DNA of 55,426 nt, filler included, from Platydemus manokwari (taxonomy: Eukaryota), in NCBI GenBank assembly GCA_037951405.1. It is 4 parts of 4 records of this genome, joined end to end, with 100 filler letters (N's around TTAATTAATTAA, not from the genome) between each part and the next. Parts side by side here need not be neighbours in the genome. Positions count along the whole stretch, not along the records: positions 29,832 to 39,169 come from JBBMOY011262318.1; positions 39,270 to 55,426 come from JBBMOY011209209.1; 2 more parts are not named here. One strand, written 5' to 3'. Of this stretch, positions 38,244-49,664 are shown piece after piece (position 1 is the stretch's first letter; each line of letters starts with the position of its first letter). Under the pieces are notes generated by a model. That model saw nothing but the letters and a program-made list of their open reading frames with translations. It had not been told where the DNA came from and made no database searches. The position numbers and the translations under genes were made by a program.

Positions 38244-38849
38244 ATGAATTCGCCTATAACGTCCCAATTAGATATAATAAAATTAAATCCAATCATTCTT
38301 AATTACATAAAAAATAATTCATCTGAATTAAATCAAAGCAATGACAATGAGTCTGTAAAGAACGATCAAGATGACAATGAGGATGAGGAAGCAGAAAAAG
38401 TAAATATCATACAAGATCCATTTATTCTTGATTATTATAAAAGAAACCCTAAACATTGTTGCCTGTTTTGCATTTGTTGTGATTTTTGTTGCTTGTGTAT
38501 TCCAAATAAGTGCCAATGCACGTCGATTTGCAAATATTGTGATAAAAACTATTATAAAATGCAAAAAGGAATTAATAATTGCCCGCAAGGGTGCCCGACA
38601 ATTATTCCAAGAACTACAGATGAAGAATGGAAAATGCCTTATCGAGCTAAAGAATTTGCAATTTGTGAATGCTGTACGAGTCCTGGTTATTATGCGTGTT
38701 TAAAATATTTCGATTGCTTATGTTGCTGCCTCTGTCCTTGGTATGACATGTTTAGGGGATTTGATGATGGATATAGAAGATTTAGAATACAATGTATCAT
38801 TCATAGATACAAAGATAGGAGAAAAAGATGGTATATTGGACTGGTTTAG
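38244..38849 (+). CDS. Cysteine-rich orphan protein (~201 aa from ATG 38244)
   Basis: Uninterrupted ORF with an acidic N-terminal patch, two Cys clusters (HCCLFCICCDFCCLC and DCLCCCLC) and a basic C-terminus. Confidence 0.65.
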   Translation: MNSPITSQLDIIKLNPIILNYIKNNSSELNQSNDNESVKNDQDDNEDEEAEKVNIIQDPFILDYYKRNPKHCCLFCICCDFCCLCIPNKCQCTSICKYCDKNYYKMQKGINNCPQGCPTIIPRTTDEEWKMPYRAKEFAICECCTSPGYYACLKYFDCLCCCLCPWYDMFRGFDDGYRRFRIQCIIHRYKDRRKRWYIGLV

Positions 38850-39169
38850 GATGTGTTGTATACAGGTTAATAATTAATATCTGCTATCAAGAAATTCAGA
38901 CATTGATATGTCTAATTAAGCCGGTATATTTCTTAAAATTTTTATGAATATTTACAATTGTCAAGAAAGTCATTGATTAGAAAATATAATGTAATTTAAT
39001 CTGGCCTTAAGGAATATTTTAAATACATAAATAGCAGTATTATAAATAATTTTAAGTTAATCGTTACTACAAAGCATAACATAAACACTGCGTAAGTACT
39101 TGAAGAAACTTTAATTGTTAATTTGTTTTTGAAAAATTCAATTTTAATTTATTAGATTTGTTTCATTTT

Positions 39170-39269
39170 NNNNNNNNNNNNNNNNNNNNNNNNNNNNNNN
39201 NNNNNNNNNNNNNTTAATTAATTAANNNNNNNNNNNNNNNNNNNNNNNNNNNNNNNNNNNNNNNNNNNN
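39170..39269. other. Artificial contig spacer N44-TTAATTAATTAA-N44
   Basis: Same structure as at 16198. Confidence 0.95.
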
Positions 39270-39880
39270 CCTTTATCATATCCATCCGTATTCGGAAAAG
39301 CCTCCGTCTAGAGAATTCATGTATCTTGCTAGTTTCCTATTTCTGGTAGACTTCTTCGTTTTCTCGCCGGTGTTTCATAGTATCTCCTTTTTTGAGTCAT
39401 CATTTCTGTTGATGATGCTTCGCTACTTTCGATACTTGTATCAATGTCTCTTCCTCCATCATCGTTTGCAATATTATCTCTATTTCCAATATTCTTTACT
39501 TGATTATAGGTTCGTTGAATAATTTTATTCAATTTCTGACTGCAGAGCTTATAAGTCGATGCATTTATTTTCTCTAAAATCATGAATGGGCCTAAAAATC
39601 TTTTACCAAAATCTGATTTTCACCCATCACTGTATCATCAACTGATAATTCATGGGAACACTTCCCTCGGTTATAGTATTCTGCTTGCTTCACAACTTGA
39701 TTCTTGTTATAATTATAAAAAAAATAAAAATCTTTTTAAAATGATTCAGAAACTCTTCCATAATTTTTCTTTTACATGACCTATTCTCATTAATAAATAG
39801 CCGTCGTTTTCTACCGAAACGAACTTCGAATGGCGAATACTTCACTAATTTGAGAGGTGACACCGGCAACAATCGGTATC
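39270..39880 (-). mobile_element. Ty3/gypsy integrase C-terminal remnant
   Basis: YSPFEVRFGRK, and DFGKRFLGPFMILEKINASTYKL (GPF motif). Confidence 0.75.
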
Positions 39881-40584
39881 CATAGAGTTACAAACGACAA
39901 AAAAGCAGGTCATACCCGTTTAACCAATTTCCATTTCAATAACGTATTTAAATAAATATTAATTAAGAAATTTTCAAGGTTTTATACTACTTACAATAAA
40001 TTATTTCTAATGAGTAGTATCAAAAGAAGAACGGACTGCGTTATAAATTGATAATAGTAAAATACTTCTATAATCATCACCAGAATCGAAATAATCATGC
40101 ATAATTCTATAAATAATTTCAACTGATATTTTTATTTGGCATTTTTACATGATTTGGAGACTTTAAATCTTGGTTGGCTGTTTAATTTCTAAATTTAGAC
40201 GTTTTTTTTAATTTTTTAATGTGTAATTAGATTTTATTTATAAGATTTTCCTTGGTTGATTTAATTATTGTATTTTAATGATTAATTATATATAAATTTG
40301 GTACACATATCACAATTTAATATATATTTTTACTTAAATAAATAAATAATTTTATTTGTTTTAATAAATTGATATTTTTACTAAATTTGTATTAAATATT
40401 ATTATTATTATCATTATTGTTATTAAACCATAAAAATATATTAATTATTCAATTCTAATTTTTATAACTTAAATTATTATTTAATTATCTATATAATTAT
40501 ATAATTTCGATAAGGGGTAATTCATCCCAGTAAATATATAAATGCTTTGCCAACAATGATTGCTTGCAACTATGAAAATCTTAC

Positions 40585-40695
40585 TTTGCATTTCGTAACC
40601 TCATGGATAACCAGCTCCACTCGGGCGAAAGACCCTTTTCCAAGTGTTTCGTAGCAGAATTTATACTTCCCAATCGATTGAATTTTCCTGCCCAT
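40585..40695 (-). CDS. First coding exon of an AMPK-related/CAMKL Ser/Thr kinase (HUNK/MARK/SIK-like); partial
   Basis: MGRKIQSIGKYKFCYETLGKGSFARVELVIHEVTKCK followed by a canonical gtaag donor, just before the expected VAxK motif. Not in the ORF track. Confidence 0.75.
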
Positions 40696-43600
40696 TGATT
40701 GTTGTCATTCACTTCAAAAGACAAACTATCGAACAAGAAATGCGATCAAAAATATACCCGCCAAATAATTGATTGACTAAATCCAATGGAAAATGTAATA
40801 ATCGATATTGTCCAGGGTGAAAAAACGAAAAACCCGATTGAATATTTTTCTATATATAAAATCAAATCGAACAATCGAATCGATTCAAATAAACCCGCAA
40901 AAAAGCGTCGATCTGTTATCAGTAGAGATAATAAGAGTGGTCGGGATAAATATTAGTGATGGCACTCAAAATGATTCTCTTATCTAAAACTATGAGATTT
41001 TCTGTGATTGGTCAATTTTTGGGAATAAAGTTTAGCATACATCCATGAAACATGCAAGAATCATGTGGATCATGATTTGAGTCTAATACGAGGGAGATTT
41101 ATTTTTAGAAAATAATGGGCTCTATTATCGAGCTATATCAGTCTTGCCCTGATCGGTGTAATTAATGTAGCTCAGCAAATGTAATTCTTACTACAAACTA
41201 CTATATATAATAATAGATTCAATTTTATAAATTCAATTTTATAAATATTGATTTGCATTTTAAATATTTTATCGATGAAATTTGAAAGCTTATTATTTGA
41301 TGGAAAGTCTATTAATCTCTATATAAAATCAACATGACAAGAATTATAGAAATGATGTGCATATTATATAATCCAGCTGAGTACTCCAATAATTATTTGG
41401 TGCCACTTTCGCTTCCAATGTCAAAACTAATGTCATCGAGACATTTGAAATTCATGAAATGGTTTGCCTTTCTTAACTTAAATTATCTTTCTGTTACAAC
41501 AAAAGATTTGAAATGAGTATCAATTGAGAAAACAACAACACCAAGGCAAGCATTGAACTGACAAGTTGTACCAAGATCACACACAGCCAGTCATGGTGAG
41601 AAAATATAGTATTTTGAGTGAGCTAAACGTTGTCAGATTAATATGTATTTTTTATTATGGGTTTCACATATATGGCTTACGGCAATATCAAGAACGTTTT
41701 TTTTCATATTTTTAAATAACCAACGAGAAATAAAAAATATTAAGATTATCAAAAATTCACAAAGTAAATGAAAACGTAAAGAAAAAAAGTATTCAGATTT
41801 ATTTAATTATTAATTGTATCATTAAAATTTAACAAAATATCGTCGATTATCATGTTCAATTCTAAATATATTTTACCGAGACATTGTCTAACTCTTCTTC
41901 GTCCTTTAAATCATGTTTTTCTTCGGCCTCTGCAATTAATTTATTATTTTATTAAATATTTTATCTAAATCGTCTTTAAAATAGCGAAAAACTCCAAGAT
42001 AAAAATTTATTAAGATAAATAAATCATAACTGTTTTTGTTTTCAGTTACAGATTGTAACGAAATAATTTTTCATAACGTTTTCCTTGTACAAGACACGTG
42101 GCCTTGGAAAATAAAGTTCAAAAATCGGTTCTATCGACGAATTATTCATCGTTTCAGACAAAAGAGAATTTTTAATTCTTATGCAATTTAATAGTCGGGA
42201 TTCTTCCAAAAATAAGTGCATAATGTCTCATTAATTTTGACTTGTTAAAATCGATCTTTATCAGGTAAAATAAAATGAAAATAATTTTCAATAATATATT
42301 TAAAGCCAAAATAATATAATAAGCAAATATGGGTAATTTGTAAGGCTAATCGGGATTTGGAATTTTAAAGAATATAAAGTGTTGAACTAGCAAAAATTAT
42401 ATCATATTTTATTCCAATTATTAGGCATGCAACATGTTTATATAATTCATATACTGATCATATTATCATTAGTCCAGATATTATTTCGTTGAGCTGTGAT
42501 TATCAATCAGAATAGCAATTATTTTTCAATTCTTTTTAGTTTGGTTTGATATTAAGTTGATTAGAAAAATCAGTATTAACTTGACATTGATAATGGTGTG
42601 CTGTTTATCTAGTTTTTAAATTATTTCTAAGTTATTCGTCGATTTTACCCATGATAAAGTAATTCGGAATTTTGTGTGATTTAATATCGACCAATTTGAT
42701 TTTAATCAGTAACACAAAATAAAAAATACCTATTTTTGAAAATTTCTTCAGTCCTATATATTTTTGTGTGGAAACATGATCATATCTATAATGAGTCGGA
42801 ACCAAATTGTTAAAGATATTTTCAAATAATATTTTATTTTATGATTTTTATGGACCATAATTTTACAAATTCAGATACTAGAAAAATTTTCACTAATGCA
42901 AGTTTATCTGAATTGAATTCAGATTTTTCGGATTGATATTGAATTTTTATCCATTTCACTAATTTATCTTGAGTTTTGTTGAATGAGATAATTATTAGAA
43001 TTTTTAATTTTAATAAAACCTAATAACAAAACATCGGTTCAAAAAAATTATTTTGTAAATTTTTGTAATCAATTGGTGCTTATTTTCCATTTAAATGACT
43101 ACTATGTTGAAAATTTTAGCTCCATTTCAATCTTTATAATTATGATAGTCTTGTTAGCACAATTCCTACCTTTCTCACTTTGTAAGAAAGTGGTTCTATT
43201 TCGAAACCCATCATAATTTATTAGAAACTTTCTAAAAATATTGTTCAGTCAAATGCATTTTTATCAAAATTTTCTATTTCTGTCAAACTTTTATACATTT
43301 TTTAAAGATTACTCCACGAATTCAAATCATTAAAGCCGATCTTGATTTCATCGGAAAATCGATAATAAAAGCCAGCTCTATCGGCTGGAAAAAAACGACA
43401 ATTAATTACGGAATTAAAGTACAACATTAATTGCAAATTTTGTAAGACATTGAAGATTCCGAGTCTTCATAAGAAAGCAGGGAGGTGCACAAATTCCCAA
43501 GTCGATTGAGCGCATACGAGTGGCATTTAATTATACAAATTTAAGGAGTAATTAAAATAATTACTCTCCAGTTCAGGGGAATAAACGAAGTCTGGTAGAA

Positions 43601-43904
43601 CGTTGATCGGTTAACTTTGTCTAATACGATCGATTGAGATTTGCCCAGAGCTATTGATTTAATCAGCATAAATATTGAAATAAATGATAAACCATTGGCG
43701 GTACCGTTTCCTGTATGGTATGCTCTCGATTAATGTACAACAGTGTTTGTTGACAACTATATTTTATCTGATTATCATTATTTTATTTACGATAACGTTT
43801 AAATTGTGATGATCATTTGTAAGAATCATAATGAGGTTTATATTAATGGGTTTTTGGCCAATAATTTCAGCTTTAATTTGATTGGATAATATTTAATTAT
43901 GTAT

Positions 43905-43960
43905 AATAATAATATTAATAATAATAATAATGATAATAATAATAATAATAATAATAATAA
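43905..43960 (+). repeat. (AAT)n microsatellite
   Basis: Visible triplet run. It produces the poly-Leu spurious ORF 43838-44083. Confidence 0.85.
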
Positions 43961-46900
43961 TTTAATCACAAGACATAAATTATTGGAATTATTGCTAATA
44001 ATAATTATTATATAATTTAAATTGTCGTTAAATAATTCACGTGGAACTTGTAGAATAATATTTATGCGTGTCAAATATTCCAACTACAACAAATAAATAT
44101 TCACGAATATCATACCTCTTCAATGTTAGTGTTGGGTTTGCTCTTCTTTAGTTTAACATACTAATCAAAACTGAATTCATCTTTATAATCACATAAAATT
44201 GAATTGTTGTCAAAATATGTCGTATAGATTTCTACAACAGAGTGAATCCGGTTATAGTCATCACTAACGCTACGATATTAATTATCGCTGAATATCAAAA
44301 TTATAATTGAAGATCACAATGGTTTGTATATCGCCAATAATCACAATCAAATCGCACTCAATAATCAATGAAAAATAAACACAAAATGAAATCAACACCA
44401 GAAGGTTAAACAGCGGCAAAAATAACAACTATAAAAACAATTTGCTAGAAGATCACATAAAAGTCATTGTCATACAAAAGTTACTGGCAAAAAAAACTGG
44501 GTGATGCATTACGAGATCTAACTCCTTTTATAGGTTTATAGTGTGTGTTCATTTGGTTCCCCAGGCTTTACTTTTCATTTCACAAGTCGGTTTGTATCAC
44601 GTTTGTATCACTCGTGCTATTGGTGTATATCGATGTTTGTTGTCTGTTGTTCGTGTGGGCCAATAGATTATCGGGTTATAAATGTGGATTGATATAGAGA
44701 AAAATCTAATTAGCTATTGGCACTTGTCGAATCTGTGCATGTCGATCTTTTGAAAGTTATTTCCATGATTTCCGTAGATATATAGCTATTTTCATGACCA
44801 CTAAGATTGGGAATAACAATCTAAAAAGTTTAATCAGTCCCAATTAACTTTGGTGTATGAAGTCAACAACTCTTATGATCATCAACTGTCTTAACAATCA
44901 TTAAGTATTAACAAAGTAAAAAAACGTGAATTAAGGTACAAATATTTATTATATAAATTTAAATAAAATTATTACTGGTCCGAGTTATATTCAATATCCA
45001 TTTAAAAATTTAACAATAAAAATTCAACAATGATTCTGTTGGTCATTATTTCTATGAAATATTGAATACAATACAGTTTGCCTCAAGCAGGTTTGATAAA
45101 ATATATTGAAATAAGTAGTCGAAAACACAAGTCCCAGATAACATATATTTAGAATTATATATTTTAAAAATAAATTACAATTAACTTAAATAGTATAATA
45201 ATAAGCTACCAAACTAATATTCAATTGTGAATAATTTTCCGAGAGTTCTCTTGTTTTCCAATATGAATATTTTTTAAACTGTCTGTTCCAAAAGTAATTC
45301 ACAATAATTCAACTTTAAAATTTAGTATCTAATTCAAATGGGTTTCCTCATGAGTTTATAACGGTATTTGTACGAGATTTTATTGACATTGATTGATGAA
45401 TAAATTCAGTTATTTTTTCCACGATAAACATGATTCACTTTAATTATTCAAGTCCAGGAATTTTAATTATATGATTTTTCCAGAGACAAAACGAATTACA
45501 TTATTTATTCTTGTTCGAGAATTTGTTTAATCTGACTTGTTTTGTTCTGCTGCATACTCCAATGCTTAATAATTGTCAGAATTTTTATCATTTGAATTAA
45601 ACCGTTTCGTAAATCATTATTTTTTATAATTTATATATTTTTTATAATAGATTATAATTTTTCCTAATATTAGCATCATTTTAATGTGTTATCAAATATT
45701 TAGATATTATTTTATCCATTGTTATTTTTTATTTTTTCAAAATTATAAAAACAAATATTAATACCGAATGTCTTTCAGAATGCTAGAGCCTTACAGTGGG
45801 ATTGGTCAGGTGTCTCAGTTAGTAGTTAACATTACTTCATAGCGCTTTGTATCATTCTTTTTTTCGCCCGGTAATTTCTCACCTAATTAGAAGCGTTAGT
45901 TGTAGCAGCAAATTCTTATTAAGTCCGATAAGTTAATTCCACATCCTTTTAGTATTATTACTTCCAATATCTAACACTTAATTGGTGAATTTATATTGGT
46001 ACCAAGTGCATTATCAATTCTTCATTTTCTGAATCAGATGCATCTTCATTATCTAACTTAATTATAGGATAAATACCCTTCCCACCTTATTCGTTTTTCA
46101 AGATAAAACACTAATATCGTTATCACTTTGATTTTCAAGCATCTGACAATAACATTTCTCGCACCTCAATTACCCTAAAATCAGATATTTTGAAATACTT
46201 TAAGTGATTTTTCTCCATTTAGAATAAAGAAACTGATAGACATCCAAGGCTTTTGGCCACCGGTTAAATGACTTCGCTTATTTTGCCAGCCAATTCTTGT
46301 CTCTGTCTATCCCTTTTGTGTGAATTTAACCATGTGATTGATTATATGGATGTCTTCTCATTGATCATGTAAGATTTTTTGAGTAACCCAATTACCATTT
46401 CTCAAACCATTTGGTATTTGCTTAACATCTTATAAACCCTACGGACTATTGGTTGTATTATATAATCCGAAATATTTCGTACCACAGATCCCCCATGTGA
46501 TCCTGTTGATTATATGTAATATTTGAACCTGATGTTTGACCATTTTTATATACTGACGTCGATCTTGAGTAATTTCGTATAAGTTGTATAGCAACTGCGG
46601 CTGAAAAACATAAACCTGGTGAGGATAAAGATGTTACATGTCTAATTGTTCCCATGGTAATAGGATATAAAATGTGACGTTTGTGATTATGATTATATTA
46701 ATATGAATGTTGCACAGCTTTAGAGAAAAGTTCACACCATGGTATCGGCAATATTCTTCCATTCACATGATGTATAATCATTATTATTTCAGGCTCCAAC
46801 TTTCATGTTAAAGAGCTGTCCATGTTTGAATGGCTTCAACTTAAATTCCAAATGTCCAGTCATTGTGCCGAAATCGTCGATTATTTCTTGGTTACTAATT

Positions 46901-47762
46901 TGAGACAGGAGATATGATTATTAGATAGTACAATAAATAGCTTTTTAAAAATGATTTTTCCAAAACTAATTACTTGTTAAGAAGTTTCTTGAATTATTTA
47001 AATCATTAACCAGATTTAATCAATAGTTAATTAATTATTGAATCTTTATAAAAAATTATTATCAATTTTATAATTATTAAGGTCTTTTAATAATAATAAT
47101 TTACGATTTTCATTAAATTCATACATACTTAATATCTTTAATTTTATGATTTTTTAAACAAATTCATAAAATTTATCCAATCAACTTTTATTAACAAATA
47201 TTTGTTGGCTCAAGTTAAGAAAAAAAGTCCTTTGACCCAATTTTAATCTAATGTATTTTCGAGCATAATTAAACATAAAAATTTATTTTTAATCCTAATT
47301 TAATGAAATTTTTGCTTAAAATTCAATTTTAAATGTAAAGGAAAAATCAACTCTAACAATCCTTCTATATCAGTAATTCTCAAACTTCTCAGCAGTACCA
47401 CCCTCTTTTCAGAATAAATATTACTTAGCGCCTCCAAACTAACCCACACCAAATTTTTTTAATTTTAATATAATAAAAAATAAAAATTCAATAAAAGTTA
47501 GTGAGAACGTACAGTGAGTTGTTTAAAGACAAGTTAAGCGTTTTGAGCAAACGAGATACATCAAAATTTTTAAAAATCATTTTCTTACATTCTTATAGTA
47601 TTATCGCCCCCAAATGAGCTCGTATTCACCACTGACTCTCTGGATCCTTGAGGCGCCCATTTTGGAAATCCATGTTCTATATTATGGATAATGGTTTCAC
47701 AAAGATACAATTAAATAAATGTATTATTTTAAATATAAAATAAATAATTTAATTTGGATTTA

Positions 47763-47920
47763 TTGCTTCGGTTGCCCACTAGAAATAGGAAACAATTTTC
47801 TTACTATATCTCTCCAGTATTTCCAAAGGTCAAATACAATGTTTTCGACGTTCGCTATTATATTTAGCTCCTCCAAAATAAACCTCATCAATTTCTAAGA
47901 TGATATTTCGGCATCCAATT
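47763..47920 (-). mobile_element. Merlin (IS1595/ISXO2-like DDE) transposase fragment
   Basis: IGCRNIILEIDEVYFGGAKYNSERRKHCI*PLEILERYSK..FLVGNRS resembles IGG..IVEIDE..FG..KYNRGR..W..G..ER....V.NR. Confidence 0.75.
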
Positions 47921-48039
47921 ATTTTTCTATGCCTAGCTGGGTGTGTATTCATGGTTGTGTATTTATTCAAAAATCACAAGTTTTGTACCTTAATAAATAA
48001 TTTTAAATTATTAGTTTAATTTTGATAAAAATTGTTAAT

Positions 48040-49100
48040 ATTTGTTCATTTGTTGGTTTGCTTATGAAGGTCATTTTGCTAATTACCGTTTTGTGTGAGG
48101 GCCGTGCATCAAAAATATCTTATTCAGAATGTCGAAAAGAGACAAGGCCGAATTATTGAATGAAGTCCCTATTTGAGTTCCGAAATTTCCTATATATTTG
48201 AGGCATCTCCTCCTGCACTTTATATCATTTAGATGAAATCTTCATTTCATTACTGCATCTATTGGTTTATAAACTTTTAATTATAAACTTTTATTTGTGT
48301 ATTCTTTTGTGGCATGGGATAACATTTTCATATGGGGAAGGGAAGAATTCATTTATACGTTTGTCAGGAGTTTTGGATATTTTTGATTGGAATTTTCGTA
48401 TTTTATCATTATTTTTGAGTTTCAAATTAATAGTGAATATGTGGGATGGATTAGAATGGAATTACAAACATGACGAATGATTTTCCTTATGGAGGGGACA
48501 TTTGACTCTCTTGCAATGCTCTTAAATTCATTTAAAATTCCTTTCGCCACTTTTTACTTGATCTTGTTTATACCAGACGATTCGCCAGTTAATTGATATT
48601 GGCGAGAAATATCATAAGTTGAGAGAAATAATGGGAAATTCACAATCGCTGATGCGTTCTATGATCTCAATAGCTTATAACATTGGATTTGATTATATGG
48701 AGAATAATAATTTATTGCCAGAGGGTCATTTTAACAATGAATATGCGGGTTATTATGGATATATATATATATTTTAATTTTCATGGAAATTATTCTTTTA
48801 TATCTTCAAACAAAATCATGAGTTTACCGGTTTATTTTATGCTTTTAATATCGTGAACCGTGTGGCCTTAAGTATTGCGTGGAAATCATACTATAAAATA
48901 ATCACTTTAATTATTAAATTCACCGGTTTGTGCATATTTAAAGTCCCATCGTCTCGTTTTCATATGTTTTCTTTATTATTTATCATTTCGACATCCCGTT
49001 TTATTCTTTAATAGCCATACATAAATGCCGATACACTAGTTTTCTTTATCTTTGCACACATTGCTTCGATTTCAAAGTCAATTTTCTCGTTATCATCGAA
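48040..49100 (-). mobile_element. Decayed RLE-type non-LTR retrotransposon remnant
   Basis: Degenerate TLWQ*IIIL..I..Y (like PWQKI), and DIKCRRRC (like the Zn-knuckle start). Weak evidence. Confidence 0.3.
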
Positions 49101-49664
49101 ACCTGTCATTTATCTTAAATGTCATTTTTTTCAATATTTTTTAGATTCACTTTTATCGATACCGCCTTTAAATATCTCACTATTGATCAGTTGCTTCAAT
49201 TTGTCACTGTTGATATTTTTATGATCTCTTTGATATTTGTTTAGCTGTTTTTCGGCTGTCGAAGAAACGATTTTCTTCTTAATAATTCTACTTGTATAGA
49301 AATATTTAACACCGACTTTATGATCTATTTGATATCGCTAATATTTCACATATTATGTCCAGTTATGTTTCATTCATTAATAGGCTATAATTCCCTGCTT
49401 AATAGATGAAAATAAAAGATTTTACAGGATTATAGATTCTTCTTTTAGTTTCTAATTCTTGTCGTCTGATTGTTGAAACAAATTAAAAGTCGAAAATACT
49501 TGAAGAGATTCAACAGCAAAAATAACCCCACTAATATTGATAGAGTGCAATTGTGACGAATAAAAACTTAACCCGTCATGATTTTAATGTGACTTGAACG
49601 ATTTTGTTTTGAATTAGTTTATTGTTAAATCTATTTCTCTCATGGTTTCCTGTATTAATTTCAG

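Noticed and set aside
43330-43395. BIR domain (RAGFYY...LNSW)
   Set aside because: The zinc-binding CxxC...H...C residues are absent.
43838-44083. 81-aa poly-Leu ORF
   Set aside because: It is the translation of an (AAT)n microsatellite.
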